64,000 bases of DNA from Balanoglossus misakiensis (lineage: Eukaryota > Animalia > Hemichordata). Both the position numbers and the translations under genes were made by a program. The notes under the pieces are model-generated. The model searched no databases and had not been told where the DNA came from. It saw only the letters and a program-made list of their open reading frames with translations. This document shows positions 12,701 through 28,400 of the stretch, in pieces. Within the stretch, counting starts at the first letter, position 1. Each line of letters opens with the position of its first letter. The stretch is taken from assembly GCA_040954595.2 (NCBI GenBank), contig CM082581.2, positions 10,973,099 through 11,037,098 of the forward strand, given 5' to 3'.

Positions 12701-15700
12701 TTCAGCGCGAAGTAATTTCCTATGTAGATGTACATATCTCGTGTAGCAAGGACGCTATAATGTTAGCCTCGGGGCAGTAAACGTGGAATGATATAGTCAA
12801 TGAATTCCCTGACCCGAGGACAGAAATACAGAGGGGGATAGACGTGGGCGCGGTTATTCGCTACTTTGCGTGCATGTAAACGCGGGGCTACCTTCCGGGC
12901 TTTGATATCGCAGTAATCTCCGCCAAAATTTCGCCGATTGACGTAATCACTTTGTGTCGGATCGGGATTAGTCCGCGGACGTAATTCGTTTAATTTCATC
13001 ATAACGTTCACGGATCACTGCATTTCCGACGTGGGCTGCTCTCTGTTGGCGAAGTCTTGCCGACAAGTGTAATTTCCACCGTGTCGATCACAGTGACAGA
13101 CAAATCTTTAAAGGGCCGGGGACGGACGTACACACATATACACATACATCGGGCAACAGGCGTGCCATTTCAGATGTCAGCGTAAACCGCCCACAACTAT
13201 AATTCTCAAACATGACGAATTTCACTAAATACTGACTCGGGTGAATTCAGGACACACCATCCCTTTTGCCGTCAACTCTGCGTGTATATCGCGCAAGCAT
13301 CTATAAGCTCCCGCTGGGGAAAGATTTCTGGTCCAGCATGGCCGAGTTCTTTTTTTTACCGAGTTCTTCTGTTACCCTTTTCTGTGACGTCGGTCGCGTA
13401 CACACCTGGCGTGCGCGGTGCAACTCGGTACCGGCATGACGTCATAAAAATAACACAAGAAAATATAAGTTTCGATCTGGTTGCAACTGTTCGTGTTACG
13501 CGTGTAACTCGCAGCAAACAATGGCGCCGTATTGCCAACGTCTTGCAGTGTCCAAACTTCTGTGACACAGATACATATATATTGGTAGATATTGTACGTG
13601 AATAATACACGACCAGAACTAATTTGGGATAATTGGATTTGCACTGTTTGTATTCAAATTTGTTGAATATTTTCCACATTTTGCGTATTATTAACTTATT
13701 AAAGAAGTGTACTAATGGAATTGGGTAAATATAAACAAAATGTACTTTTGAGAATTCGGGAATAGTTCTGGAGCACTGTAAATACTGATGGCCAAACCTG
13801 GTGATAGTAATGTCCTTGGACATCGTCTCAGGCATGGCATAGGCTTCTATCCTATTATATGTAATCCATTCTATTTAACACTAATGTGTACTCCAAAACT
13901 CACGGATTCACAAATTACCCCAATTTATACTAATTTATTCCCGTACGTTTATTTCGTTACCTTTAGGTCATTCCACTCGGTAGAATCTGATCTGATTCGC
14001 TGTCTTCGCCTTCAATCCCGGTTCAACCCACCCTATATACCAGACAACTTGAAATCAAGGTTAGTGTTGTAAATATACCGAGTTACCTATAGCTTTGTAG
14101 TTAAGTAAAACGCGCGAAAATACAGATGGAATTACGACCCCAAAAACAGTCTTGGTCGTGAAAATTCCGCGGTACGTCACGTGATATTAAGGACGGTAAA
14201 GCCATGGGCACCACGCTCGCACCCATCCTTAAAGACTCGATCATCCGACCCCCGCCCCAACCTTTTTCACATTTCGACAAAATTTGCATCGCATCCGCCA
14301 TTTCGACATACGATAAACGTATATTTCGCCGTGCTCTTGCCGAGACACAACTTTCCGTCCGTTGAACTGCCAGCCCCGATTGCCCTGTTATGATCTGCAG
14401 CCGGCGTTGCCATGGAAACTTATCTTCCATTTAGGATCGCTTGAATGGAAATTGATGCTGCGAGCCTTTCTTTGACTAGGAAGCTGTTCTGTCATGCCGA
14501 CTTTAAAAACGAATCTTTCATTGCTAGTGGCGTAACCATATATGGAGGGGAGGGAATTTTCAGTCGCCATTGTTTGTGGCTTGTAGTATAGTAGACTCGA
14601 CAATACGAGGAATTTTTCTGGTGACTATACATGTATATACTTGGGGAAAAAACATGTCACAAACGATTGCTTCTACAAGAGAGACGGGTTCGGACTGTCG
14701 GTCGATATTTTCTTGCGTTTTTTGCCTGGAGCTTGTTTTTCGCGGGAAGTGATTTTTGACCTACCAGTTGATAATCGATACTTTTGCCCGAGAAGTAAAT
14801 CGATTGATCATTGACGTTTATCGTTACGCGTTTTTTAAGAACAGTGTCAGGGTCGGTTGGAAGCTGGCTGCTCTATCAAAGAAATGAGAGAAGGATGTTT
14901 ACCGCCAAAAATCCGTTCTGTGGTGATTATTCACACGCGTTATATTGGCGGGCTGTGACTAGCGATTTTCTGCTTCGTGAATACAGTGAAATTAGCGATC
15001 GACCTTGCCAGCGACACTTGGCCCTCCCACATGCAAAGATATGACACAATCGACGGACTGCATATTGTAAACTGTCATGTGCCAGTACCATTCGTGTTTT
15101 CTCTTGCCACTAAGCGTGTAATTTATATGTCTTGAGCGGCGCTTTTTTCCGGAATGGCGCCCTGGTCTCGTAAAAGCGGAACATATCAACGTTTATTGCG
15201 TATATTGATGTAAAGCTGACGATATTTACGCGCGGAATTATGTGCAAGCAGGCAAATTGAATCTTGCTAGCCACATCGTATTATTTGCGACCCCGAGTGT
15301 CAACTTGTTGGAAATTAAGTCGCGGGGAGATATCTCTTTTTTATATTTTGCCTTGATTAATTGTTGCCTTGTCAACGGAGAAATTGCAAAACTATATAGT
15401 TGAGGGGCAAACGTCTAGACACCCATTCTTTCGTGGCCTATATTATGTCATTTTATATCACAATAAAACCAAAACGTAGACATCCATTTATCCATTGATC
15501 CATCCATCCATCCATTCAGACGTTATGGAAAGAAACCGCCAATATTTGTTTTTCACTACTGTATTTTCCGTTAAAACATGTCATACTAACCACGTAGTCG
15601 GTTTGAAATTCCATACCTCACTCCAATAACGTCACGGCTGACTTGAGTTTTGGAACATTGCTCTACGTGTAATCCACTGGTGTACTTTACACGCGTTACT

Positions 15701-16435
15701 TACATAGCAATTGTACACGAAAAACTCGTTTAGTCATAAACAGACAGATGTTGAAATTTCTGCCGTAGATAGATTAGCCAAGTCAGACGTGAAAAACAAG
15801 CCTCCTTCGGCAATCATTCGGGATTCAAAACGTTCGCAAACGAGCCAAGAAACAAGCGCAAGGTGTAAACAGGATGCCCTTTCGTTGCCTTTGTGCCCGA
15901 CACGACGAAATTACATTACCTTATTAAAGTCGTGTAAGGCGCTGTGTGTGTATGTGGGGTTTTGTTATAATGACTTGATGGCGAATCACCGATCGTATAC
16001 ACGGCGGCAGAGTGACACTGCGCATGTTCTGATATAAAAGACGCAATCGGATAGTGTGAATGCCAGAATGACCCTAATAAGCGATTGTGCGCAGCTGAAT
16101 GGAGGTAGAGTGTGAGAGCGCCAAACGAAACTACACGCCGTTCGTCTCGAATGACTTACCGAGAGTTGTGAGACAGGAACTAAGTTGCAATTACCGACGA
16201 GAAAGCACTTGTGCGTGTACAGGTAACGCCGGCTTTAAATCGACGTTTAGCCTGGATATCGCTCTCCGCCGACGGGATCTGAACATACATTTATCTACCG
16301 GGTTTGAGACGCGTGCGGTGTACAACTGAAAAAACTGGTTCTTACCATCTAACCGGCTCAACGGAATCGGAAAGCGCTCCACTGCATCGTCGGACCGTGA
16401 GAGGCGTGACGCCCCGCCCGTCCCACCCTCGAACC

Positions 16436-19400
16436 ATGCCGGAGAACAATTCTAATGTCTCCAGTTGTCATTTCACGCCGGGAAAGCCGATATGGGCCGC
16501 ATTGCCACTGGGACTCCTGGTTTTGTGGATTCTCTTCGGGAATACCCTTGTGTTGCTCGCCGTGTACAGGGAAAAGAACCTGAAATCTATGTCAAACTAC
16601 GTCATTGCTAGCCTGGCCACGGCGGATCTGCTGCTGGCAGTGCTGGTGATCCCGTTGGCGCTTATCTATCTGGTAAGTTTGATGAGTTTTGGGGCGTCTT
16701 CACACAACCATCCGCGATATACATGAACATGTACCTAGGAATGTGTTATCTCCCCCTTCCTCCGCAATGTAATCTCGCCTCTCAAGCCTCAGAGACATAA
16801 GATTCCGAGCACACATCTATTTTAAATTTTAACCCTACCAATCTCCCGTTTCTGTGTGGAAACATATTTCCCGAATCACTTTCTGCGTTTAATTGATTTT
16901 TAATGGCGATCGCATCTTAGGCGTATCATAACTTAGAAAATTACAGAGCCGGTGGCCCCCGAAGCGAGTGTGAATGACGTCGGACAGATTGTAAGATTCA
17001 ACCGGCGCGCAGCCACTCTACAAATCTAAACGCGGCCATGCGTATAAGATCTAAGGTACTTTATTTTATCATATCAAAGTTTAAAGATACCCACATGTAC
17101 TTGAAGTCACTTCAGTCTTGATTGTTAGCGTGATGTATTGCTGGAAAATAACGGTTTTAAAAGTCAGGGTTACATTTCACGCACGAGTTCGCCCATATAC
17201 TTGGTGGAATGACTTGGATTATTGGCGTTATCTGTGATGTGATGAACAGATCAGGGGTAACATTATGAAAGCAATCGGATACTGATTGTATTTTTCATCC
17301 TTGGAGATAATTGACTGACGATGAGGAGGAGGCAGGGGTTATTCTGCGTTGTGTTGTCTTAGTTGGACAGTTCAAGTGCCACGGTGTTCACTACGGCATC
17401 AGCAACACATGGCGGTCAGTAGATTATAGGAATCGCTTTATTGTATATCTCTATTCAACCGATACGTCAAAATTAAATTCGGTATGTGTTCGAAAGCGTG
17501 GCGCTCGCTCTGCGCCGCGCCGCTGGCTGTCGACAGCGTCGACTTTGCCGTTGTCCGGGAGGATTGGTGTGTTCATAGCAAGCTATGGGTGGGGCCCCCG
17601 GGTGTGGCCACAGCTGCAATCACGCACACGTCATTGGCGTATGGGTATAGTTCGGGCATGGAGGTAGGGTTCTTTGGTTTGGGTAACCACGTAGCCCACC
17701 ACGTTGATTTTCAACGAGGGCGTGGTTAGCATACGGGTAACCCGGGCAACCACAGCCCACTACGGCAACGTATTTCAACGCGGACGCAATTGTGGCATTA
17801 TATAGCTCGGATTTAACCACAGCCCACCAATTAGCCCACCACAACGTATTTTAATGCGAGTGCCGTTAGCGGTTGGGTAGCTCGGAAAACCACAGCCCAC
17901 CGCGACACATTTCAGTGCGGGGGTCGATTAAAAAATACACCAGCGTCTTTCAAGCTAACTGTCACCCTTCATCAATATCGTTAACCATGCACGCCAATTG
18001 TTAACCACATCAAGGAAACTGACGTTGACTGGATCATTATTTCTGCTTTAAGCCATCTGCCGCCCAAGTAGCTAACGAAGCGAATAATTATTTTGATATC
18101 CTATGTAATCTTGATTTGAATTAATCGTACTTATTAATCAATTATTGACATAAAATAGGACCCGCTGTAATTACATTAGGTGATACAATCTAAAGTTAGT
18201 ACATGATCTAAACAGTATCACATTTCAGCGTTCGTGTCGATATATTACATTCTATTAATAAAATAAAGGGTCGTTTCTTCGTAGTCAGGGTGTGTAAAAC
18301 TAACACTATTCGGATAGTAAAAATAACCCTTCGTGGAATATGTGACGTAATCTGTTGCAGGCAGGGTGGAAAATTTTGCAACTTGTCCGCCATTTTTACT
18401 GATCAGTGGTACATAGTGTAACGTAGCTAAGTCAAATTCTCAGATGTTTCCGAGGCATAATTGAAGGCTTGTGGCTTTGTTCATTTGCATGGCGACGCAG
18501 TCCCGCTGGTGTTGGTCCTCAGTCGAACGTATACAGTGGTACGATCGAAATATTTGGTCAGCAACCAATTCGAGATGTTGAGTTTTAAATTCGAAAGTGG
18601 TGTTCTGATTCTACGGCAATCATTTTGAAGGATTTTTTTTGTTTTTTTTTGGTGAAGCTATCTTTGTCACAGGGATTGCGTATTTTTGCGTAATAATATG
18701 TTCAATACGTTTTGTTGGGCTATTCAATACTCTCGCATTACCACGGTTGGAAAATTGATGGAGACTGGCAAACCGCGTGCGCTCTACTTTCATTTCATAT
18801 TCAAGTTGGATGAATCAAACACTCACGATGCTGAGAGCTAAAACGTGCTTTGGTCTTCCCACAGTGCAAAGCGTATTGCATATTCGACAGACATGCGCAT
18901 GCGTCTGTCTCCAGGGCGTTTTAATTCATTGCGTGGGGTAACGGATGCGAAGCAGGAAACACTGAAAAACGAGACGGTTCTTAAAAAAAACGCAGACTGA
19001 TCAGTAAGAGAACAATTCGTTGGAATGTGAAGCAATTAACTGTGTATATAGTACTGAAATTTTCTAGGTAGATTTTTCTGTGATTTTCCCCCGCCCGATG
19101 CTCAAATTGCCCGGATTTCGTGCGCATGCGTCTGCTTGCCATACGTTTACATTAAATTGGTGTTTTGACAGGAAAAGTCCTAGTTTATTTTCACCTTTCA
19201 ATCCTCAGGTTTGTTAAAACAATTTGACTCAGCACTGCATGAGTATTGTTGGAGGCTGTGTTTTCCCTGTCACTGGCCACCCCGTATTTTGTGTATCTCA
19301 ATATGCCAAAAAAATCAAGCAGGGCCGAGGTCACGCGTTGGCTGCGGACGGCAATGTCGACAGTCATTAGATTTTCTGTCGTCATTTTTTACCTTGAAGA

Positions 19401-22400
19401 ATCCCACAACTATGCGATATCTATATATATGCGCTCATTATAATGTAGTATGTACCCGCCCTGAATGTCTTGTTTGGGGAAAAAATCCCACAGATAAGAA
19501 CATAACAATACACTTGCTTCGGGAATAAGAGTGCCTATAGATTTCATTTCTGATATATGACGTTTACAAACCCATGCCTGTGTGCAGCGCTTATTATCTT
19601 CACCCATTCAACTACAAAGAAGTGAAAGGAAAAAAAACACAGCCTCGCTACTAACTACACTGCAAATCTGCACTGAAAGCGATTTTGTTTGGCCGCGTAA
19701 ACATATTCATATTCGCATACATATGATGACGCATTTTCTCCATTTTTTCGCGTGGTATACGTGCACCGAGACAGACGCCCCGAGGGCAATCGGCAGAGTA
19801 CCTTTCGCCAATCGGCAGCGCTGATAACGTCTTGCAGCCAGCACGATTTCAGCATTCGTAGAATCGTCCCCCAAAGTCAGCCATGCGAAAACGATGCTTC
19901 TATCTGCCTGAGAATATCAACTGTTTTTCTTTAAAAGACATTGGAGCGGCATACTTTCCCCGTGCCTCCTTCTGGTCAGTACACACTCCCATTTCTTGAG
20001 CAATCAAGTAAAGATAAACTGTTGAAGGAAGCAGTTGTCCTGGAAAATATTATTCATGGAGTTTTCCCTTCATTTAGCTGCTATTCTTGTTAAAAACGGC
20101 ATCCTACACAGACGACTAGAAGCCATCACACCGTGTCAGCGAACACATTTCGCAATCAAGCCGGTTCTCATTTCAGACATCTGCATTATTAACGCCGAGG
20201 CACGAAAGCAATTTTTCGAAAATAGAGTTTCCAACATCAGATCAATACACACGAAAATTGCACTTTGCAGTAGCCAGACCGCCATACTTTTTATTAAGCA
20301 TTTTCTCCTCCATACATCTGCACCTCGACAGTTGTAATAAAGGACAGTTTTTTGGCGGTCTCATTTCTTTTGACATTTAGATTGGCAGGCACTAATTCCA
20401 TTGGACGGCAACAGATAAATGATCTCTAACATATTCGCGCATGTCGAAAGATAATCAGCGTTCACTATGTGTAATTCATAGAGAAAGGTAATATTAGAAT
20501 TGGGAAGTATGGATGAAATTGGACAGAAGTAGAGTAGCTACATATAAAATGTCTTGAAAACAGAAGTTATTAAAGCGACACAGGCATCCAGTGCGCATGC
20601 GTCAAGATTTTCACCTAAGAAGAGTTACATAAACTACATAGCTTTACTCGCTAATATTACTATTAAACATTTTAATATTAGTATTACAATTATGAAAACA
20701 GTTTCGAGCTTAGTTCTCTTTAGATGCCGTAGCATTGAGGTGTTCCATGTGACAGCTTTGCGCCGTGAATTATTTTTGACCCCCCCCCCCCCCCAAAGTA
20801 CGAGCGGAAAAGATATTTTATTATATGAATAAATGACCTGCTAGTACTCGCACATATCATAGTTATAATGACATAATAAATTGAAACATATTTTGCAACA
20901 GTCACAGAAAACGAGAGTAAGACAAGTTAGATTGCACCCCATTAGTTTTCGACATGATTTGCAATCGCTCAGAACCCGTGCAAAACACATTTCCAAACGC
21001 ATCACTCTGTCAGCGGTGTGAATGGTGTATGTAGTGCTTTCTGTGATTGATCCCCCGCGGAGCAGACTCTACATTTACACTTGTCGAAAAAATTAGCTGC
21101 AAATTTTACCTATAGTTCTGCAAGTAATAATTCATGGTTATCCAATTATCAGGATAAATGGCGATTGACGTAAGGGTGTCAGAAATATTGATATCGCTTC
21201 ATGGGAAGCGTAGTGAATTATGGATTGTTTTGATTAATGGCCCGTCGCTTCGGTGGATTGTTATCTTCTAACCTATCAAAACTTCAACAATTGATCAAGA
21301 AAGCCTTGCTTCCGTGCATGGACATCGATATCTATCAAAATTTCAGAGCCATCTGCGATCCTCCTGGAACAATATTTTTTTTTCAGTCTGGGTTTATCGT
21401 CTCGTTTCATTTACCTCTTTTTCTACACATACTGAATCGTGATGTTGACGCTGATAGCGGATGATGTAAACGACGCGAGAGAACCGTGGGATATTCAGAA
21501 CATGTGGTCGGTCGTCGATAGAAAGGTTGCAGAAAATCCCGCGTTTTTTCCTATCCATTAATCTAGTGGTATTTATAACTCGAGAGAGTATTGAAATATT
21601 TACATATAACTCTAAAGGGAGGGGGGAGGTAGGAAGAGAGAGGGAAAAATAGAGTGAGAGAGGGAGAGTGAGAGAGCGGGGGATGGATATTGTGTAATCT
21701 CAACCATTCGGCAGCACCAGCTTCGCCATCTTGTCTGCGGTCAGTCACTTATTTCCTAATCACCGACACTGCAAAGAAACATTCCGTGTGCCACTCTTTC
21801 AGAATCCTACTGTGTCAAATAACGACCCCACGCCAGAAAAAATCGTCGCCACTGGCCATATCGTAGGGTGCTCTTCGTTATTTCCCACGTATGAGTTTTA
21901 AGCGAGCATTTATAGGAAGAAGTTACTCGTGCATGACAGAGAAAAAAGTCCCCCTTTGGTACACAGATTTGTAAAACGGCCCACCTCTCGTTGTAAGTGA
22001 AAGCTGCTTAAACTTGGAAAATGTCGTTCGTGGACGTTGCACACGATAACCAAATTTCATTCTGCGCGCATACACAGATTCACAACCGTTGAATTACCTG
22101 CACGCCGGAAATGTCGTAGTAATTTGACAGAAGTTCTTGTTCCGGATCTCCCCTCGACGTCAGTCACCATTGCGCCAAATTCTTTCAGTGACAAAGTTAA
22201 TCGCGGTAACCTTTTCTTCAGAATGACGGCTTCATTTACTCGAATCATTGGTGTCAGGTTGATTTCATGTAAAAACATGTGCCAACGAGGCATAAGCGAA
22301 ATTTTATTTGAAGCAGCCATCTTAGTCTGATAAAATATTGCTCGTGATGCATGCGGCAAATCATCGAGTGAGGTCACGTTGACCAGTATGTTAAACGCGT

Positions 22401-25400
22401 ATGAATCAAGGCCATATTTTTGACAGTCATATCACGCCCGACGCTAGCGTCATATTTCGTGTCACGTATCAGTTCGTTTTGCTGTTCCGATCGAATAAAG
22501 GAGGGTGTGGCTCTTTACAATATGTCCAATCTGCATTTCAGAACCATGTCTGAAACTTGTTTGCTCAGCTCAGCTATATTAACGAGCCTTTACAAAACGC
22601 CTGTATGACATCATAATCGTGCAGTAGGTTCTTGTTAAATCTTTATATCCCTGAAAACGTAAAACGCATATAGATAAGCATGTGTAAACCATAAAAGTTG
22701 TCCGAAATCGTAAATATGCGGTAACAAGCGGTAATATACAACATTAAATACACAACTGAGACCAAAAGTGTCAAAGGCAAAAATGTAACTGTAATAAAGA
22801 AAGCAAACAGTGTTACTAGCCAGGAGGCGAATGTAAAATACATTTCTCACACCAATGAACAATTCATATGGGTATTTAGACAGAATAATTCATTCATTCA
22901 TTCATTCATTCATTCATTCATTCATTCATTCATTCATTCATTCATTCATTCACTCACTCACTCACTCACTCACTCACTCACTCACTCACTCACTCACTCA
23001 TTGATCATGTATAAGTAGGTAGGCAGGTATGTGTTCAACAACTAACCAACCAACCAACTAACCAGCCAACCTTCCATCCACCATCCATCATCCATCTCCG
23101 TGTCACTTATTTTGTTCCCTCTCCCGATAGTCGTACCTTGCTAGGTTTAACGATTATTTGTTTGGGCATGTTAACTTTTTACATCGTTGCCCATATATGG
23201 AGTTTTCCGAAAGGTAAACTAGACGGAAGTGATCATGTGTTTCATCAAGATTAGTTGACTAACTATGAATACACGTATTGGCTGTACTGCAGATAACAAC
23301 ATGCACGTACTTATGATTAGGCAGAATGAGGTCATCAATCAATGAAGCTGTAAGGTCACTTTTTACGATCCAAATGTACTTTTAATTCCAATCTGCAGAA
23401 TTTCTAAACTTCCGCTGCGCCATTATATTAATCGCAGTCTGTGAACTAATGCAAAGTCGGTATAGAACCGAATTCAAAGCATACCAAGTACACATGCGCA
23501 GGGGCAACTTTGGGGTGCATCAACAGGTCGCAATTCAATACCATGGGGAGGGAGGGGGTAAGTGTGGCTCCTACGCCCCTACGCCTGAAACCACAGAACA
23601 TTGGAACATAGCACTAGGCCAACAAAAAGAAGACATTATATCTTCAAGCTTTGCTCACCGTGTACTCACAATCCTTGTCAGTAACCAGTAAGATTGTGTA
23701 TATGTGAAATTGTGCTATAATAGTTTCTTCTGCTTTGATTACTGTAAACCTTCCCTGTTCATTGAGACGTGTAATCAAGAAGGCAAATTGGGATGTCAAT
23801 TTGTGCCAAATTGGCACTTGTCGCCGCTTGATCTCCACTCTGGGAGCCCGCTTTTCCTAAAGCATGTGAGATAAAGATCGCTTTGCACATGCGCGTGAAG
23901 ACACTGTACACACGCCCGCGTAATGCGGCTGCCAGAAGTTGCGTAAATGTTATCACTGAGAGTAAAAACTGATATTTTAAAATGCGTCAACCTCTCCTGA
24001 TAATTACCACCATAAAAACTACCGAGCCTTATCTAACGGTAAAAACATAGTCACATTTAAAGTCTGTTATAATTGCAACAGCAGAACGAAATGACATTTG
24101 CGAAGACCACGATAATATTTTTATTATTGCGTTGATTTTTGTTAACAATCGGCCGCCTCTTTAAAATGAGTTTTTATCTTGGTCATATTTTCCGTCTTGA
24201 GATACCCCAGTACAGTAACCCATAAGTTCCCATCGATAAGATATTATTGGGCTGTCGTGGTGTCGTGATGATTCATTCATCTCCTGTTTATGGTCAACAC
24301 CATCTACGTGGTCACTATATCACCATGGTTACCCGGCAATGAATGAGATTGTCTGAGTATACAGAGAGAGGGGGGAAAGAGGGAGCGATAGAGCTGGGAG
24401 AGAGGGGGAGGGCGACGGAAAGTCGTTAACGGGCGCCTATGATAGTTTATAATGAACACAGACATCGGCAAGTGTTTCTCCTTTGAAGGGCCAGGGGCAG
24501 AATTGTTAACTATTTGTTTCAAGTTTGCCTTCAAACAGAGTTTTATAGTGATCAATAAAACACGCCAAGTGAGAAATTCATCGGAATAACAGTCACATAT
24601 CCCAAGATAATAAGCCCAGCCTGAGGACTATCCGAAACACCGTGTAGCAATAAGCATTAGTATTTTCATTAGCGTGAAACGTGCTACAAGTATAATTAGC
24701 TTTTAATAAATTTCGCCGACGTGTAACGTATTTTTGTTTTACAAACCACCATTTCATAGAAGAACATGAGATTTCCTAACGGAGAGATACTGCAAAAAAA
24801 AGGAAGAAGCTCTAACAAATTCAACTCACGATAATTCGGCTGGCACATTCGTGAATAACGCGTGAACACAAAATCAATCAAACCACCCCTAGTTAAACCG
24901 ACTGAAAATATTTACTTGGGACCTGCTGTAGGCATCGCTTCGGTGCGTAGGAAAATCTCGGAATCTGATTTTAAATTGACTCAATGAGGGAAGGGATTTT
25001 GCGCTGAGCCTCGGTGCGGGCGGGACGCACGGGGATTAACTCCGTCGTGTTTTATCGTGGTTGCTTTAATCTCGTTCGCCCCCTTTCCATTTTTCTCAAA
25101 CGCACCTTTGTAAACTCGCAAATGGTGAAACGGCCGTCGTGCAAACAAGAGCAAAGTCGAGAATCGGCGCACTCGGACCGTGAAGAGATATTTCAGTCGG
25201 TGTTAATTTGGTGCCTTTCAAGTGTGGTAAGCTCTTCACACAACATCGTTTGGCGATTTCAGTACTTGAACAAATCAATAGCGACTGCCAATTTCAGAAA
25301 ATTAAAACGTCGACGGTCTTTCTTCTAATGACGAAACGGGAAAAGTTTTTTTCTGACCTCTCGCATGTAAATTCCCTTCCTCTTGTAACTATGATGACGT

Positions 25401-28400
25401 GTATTGCATATTCAGCTCACAGCGCACGTTACACTTTTACTGGCATTTGGCAGATAAACTTTGAATGGGACACAATCACAGTTGGAACAATTTGAGCAAC
25501 GTGCTCAATGGCGAGAATCGTGACTCGATCACCTGCATACAAACAACGTAAGCATGACACGCAACGTCCAATGACAGGTGCGATTCTGTACAGTGTGAAA
25601 AGTGCACAGTGAACCTTTAGTTGGCATTCCATAATTCCAAACGTGTCCAGCTCAATGTGTCCAAATCTAACATTTGATTGGGTGAGCACCGCGGTGACAT
25701 CAGAGGTGTGAACGGATGATTTTTTTTACGACTCACGGAGATCGGATCGAGTTTCCGTCCGCCTCGATCAAGCAGAAGCTTTTAGTGTGGACGACCCGCG
25801 TCACCGTGTTGATTTACAGCGGCCTTTTTAAAATGCGTCGCAGACTGTGACCAGCTCACAGCGCAGGGACAAATATTTATTGTCAGAAAGGTTAAATAAA
25901 AAGAGGTAACCGAATGAAGGAGATTAAATAGAGAGTGGGATTTCTTGTACATCGATTTTGATCACTGTTTTACAACTGTCAGTAGTTTGCGCCGATGACT
26001 AATGGCCAGGCATTGACTCCCTCAGCGGCTCGCCTCATCTCGCCTGACGGCCTTCTTGAACACAATTTCTCTGAACCGTACACCTGTCTTGCCAAGCCTA
26101 TGATGACAAAGAAACAGCGCCGAGGTGTGAACGTCGCGGCTGATTTACCGCCAAATCCCCAGGACACAGTTAATGACAAGTGACGCTCGGACTATAATGG
26201 GGGTGAAGATGACGGTAGTGTCTTGAAGACACGGGAAAGCCTTCGGGGCATGAGCGGTCACACAGAGACCATCCGCCGTAAAAACGCCACGAAGACAAAT
26301 TGCTTCGCATCCTAAAAGTGATCGGGTCACTGCGCCGGGTAGTAGATTTAGTAAATTAATGTGTGTTAGACACAAACTCGGCAGTTTTGTTTTTTATGGC
26401 TTTTAGATTGCTTTTCTGGTGTATACAGGGTCTACAAATGTGCATGTCATGTTCACTCTAAATGTTCAGCGAGTAATTTTGTTGAGCGGACTTTCTAGGA
26501 CAGTAAACCCCTTGTCATTTACCCGTCGCGTCGGACAGTTACCCACACCGTATCCCTTACATTAACCCTGTGTGTTGGGGGAGGGGGAGCATCCGGGTGG
26601 TGATGTGCAGAACGTAGCAGTCCTGATATTGTTAAAATAGATGGTGATGACGCAGCCAGCAAAAGTTAACGTACTTTCTTTTACTTCCATTGTGCGCTAT
26701 CTGTCGTAGAAGTATCTCTTAGGACAGAAATTGCATTGATCGATTTCTTTAACGCAACGTATACTGAGAAATACTCGAGTGCGTGTTTGCACAATTCAAA
26801 ACAAGACATAAGTGTAAAGCACTTTTTGAAGTCAGTGAAATTGTGTTTGGAGCGGTCATGATTTTTGCAATAAGTGAACGAGTGAATATCCATCATGTCT
26901 CCGGTCCTGTCACAGTCTCAGTGTGTCGCTAACCGCTCGCTTTGATTTCTCTCAACGCAAATGAAAATAAATCGAATTCGCTTTAAGCAGACGGTGGCGG
27001 CACTTTTGATAATGTTCAGTGTACTCCCTTTCCATGTCAGCTACGCGTTCTTTCTATATTTAACTTTACTACGCCTTAGTGCCTGTCAAGAAAACCCATG
27101 TTGTTGACAAGTGAATTTAAGTACGGACCTGAATTTAGCCGTCAGCGATGCCATTGCACGAGAATATAAGCAGAGTGGTGGTCGTTTCAGTATTTCGTGG
27201 GAATGGAAATATGAAACTAGTTGATATACAGGGCGAAAATCAATAACAGCCCGTAGGTCAGTGATTTTAAAGGGACATTAACTGTTGCTTTTGGCTAGAT
27301 TTTAAGTAGTTTATGTCGTGTGAAATCAATTTCGGTTTCTTGTTCTATCCCTGTAAAATTCCCAATATTTTGCTTGCGATGATTAAGCTTTTATTGGTGC
27401 AATAGTCGTTGTTATATTGACAGAGTTCTAGTTCCGACAGTGTGCCCAGGCTTTCTTCAGTATTCAATAATATCAGCGTTGACTGTACACATAGGCTGTG
27501 TTCATAAGCTTGCTATATACGGTGCATTTTATTACACACGATTTTCTCTCTCGAAGCGAATGTGAACAACGTGTTTCAGTAAATCGCATCACATTTAAAA
27601 TATGGTCACTGTGTCCGGAACCACTGCTTTTAAAGCAGCCTCACACAGCACCATACATGTATATAATTGGATACTTTGACAGGAGATAATGGTGAGCCTC
27701 CGTCAATTGTACGCCGAATGAATTGCATTACTTATTTGAGTTTCACTGATAAACGTACTATCATTTACTCGTGCCATACTTGTATGTCAAATTATTTGTG
27801 TCAAGCGTTTCTCGACTGCACACTTGGCTCGTTATAAATTTTACCCGAATGTAAATTAATACTTAACACGCAACAGATTCATTCAATAATATTCCAGGGT
27901 GATTCAGTCGTCAATTGGAATTCTTTTACATAACAAGGACCTTCATAGAAACAACTGTCTTAGACCCTTGAGAGGCGAAGTGGTTATCTGCGCGCATGTA
28001 TTATCATGCTTTTGAAAGAGACATTAGCGATTCTGTGACGGTTAAATCTATAAAGGTGTGTGATGGTTGTTACAAATTGGTGCTTAAGAAATTTAACTGT
28101 CGCCAATACACAGTCCGCATGCACTTGGGAGAGATCTACTTCATCAATATGTATTATAAGTGTCTGTCATTGGCATCTCAAGATAACGCATTCTCTCACC
28201 CGCTTCTTACGCGGTTTTCGAGGCGCACTTCAAGCAGATCTCGGCTCTCATGGGCAGGGCAAATGTGCTCTGTATATTTTCTCAGTCGACCTGCTTTTAG
28301 ATTTTGCATACAGCGGGCAGTGATTCTTGAGATATCTGCCGCGCTTGTTGGCTCGGGAGACTAAGTCGGTGCCCCTTGATATTCAAGGCGGTCGCACACA

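Noticed and set aside
17681-17920. Repeat-spacer appearance suggestive of a CRISPR array
   Set aside because: Eukaryotic context, the 'spacers' resemble each other, the repeats are degenerate and there are no cas genes.
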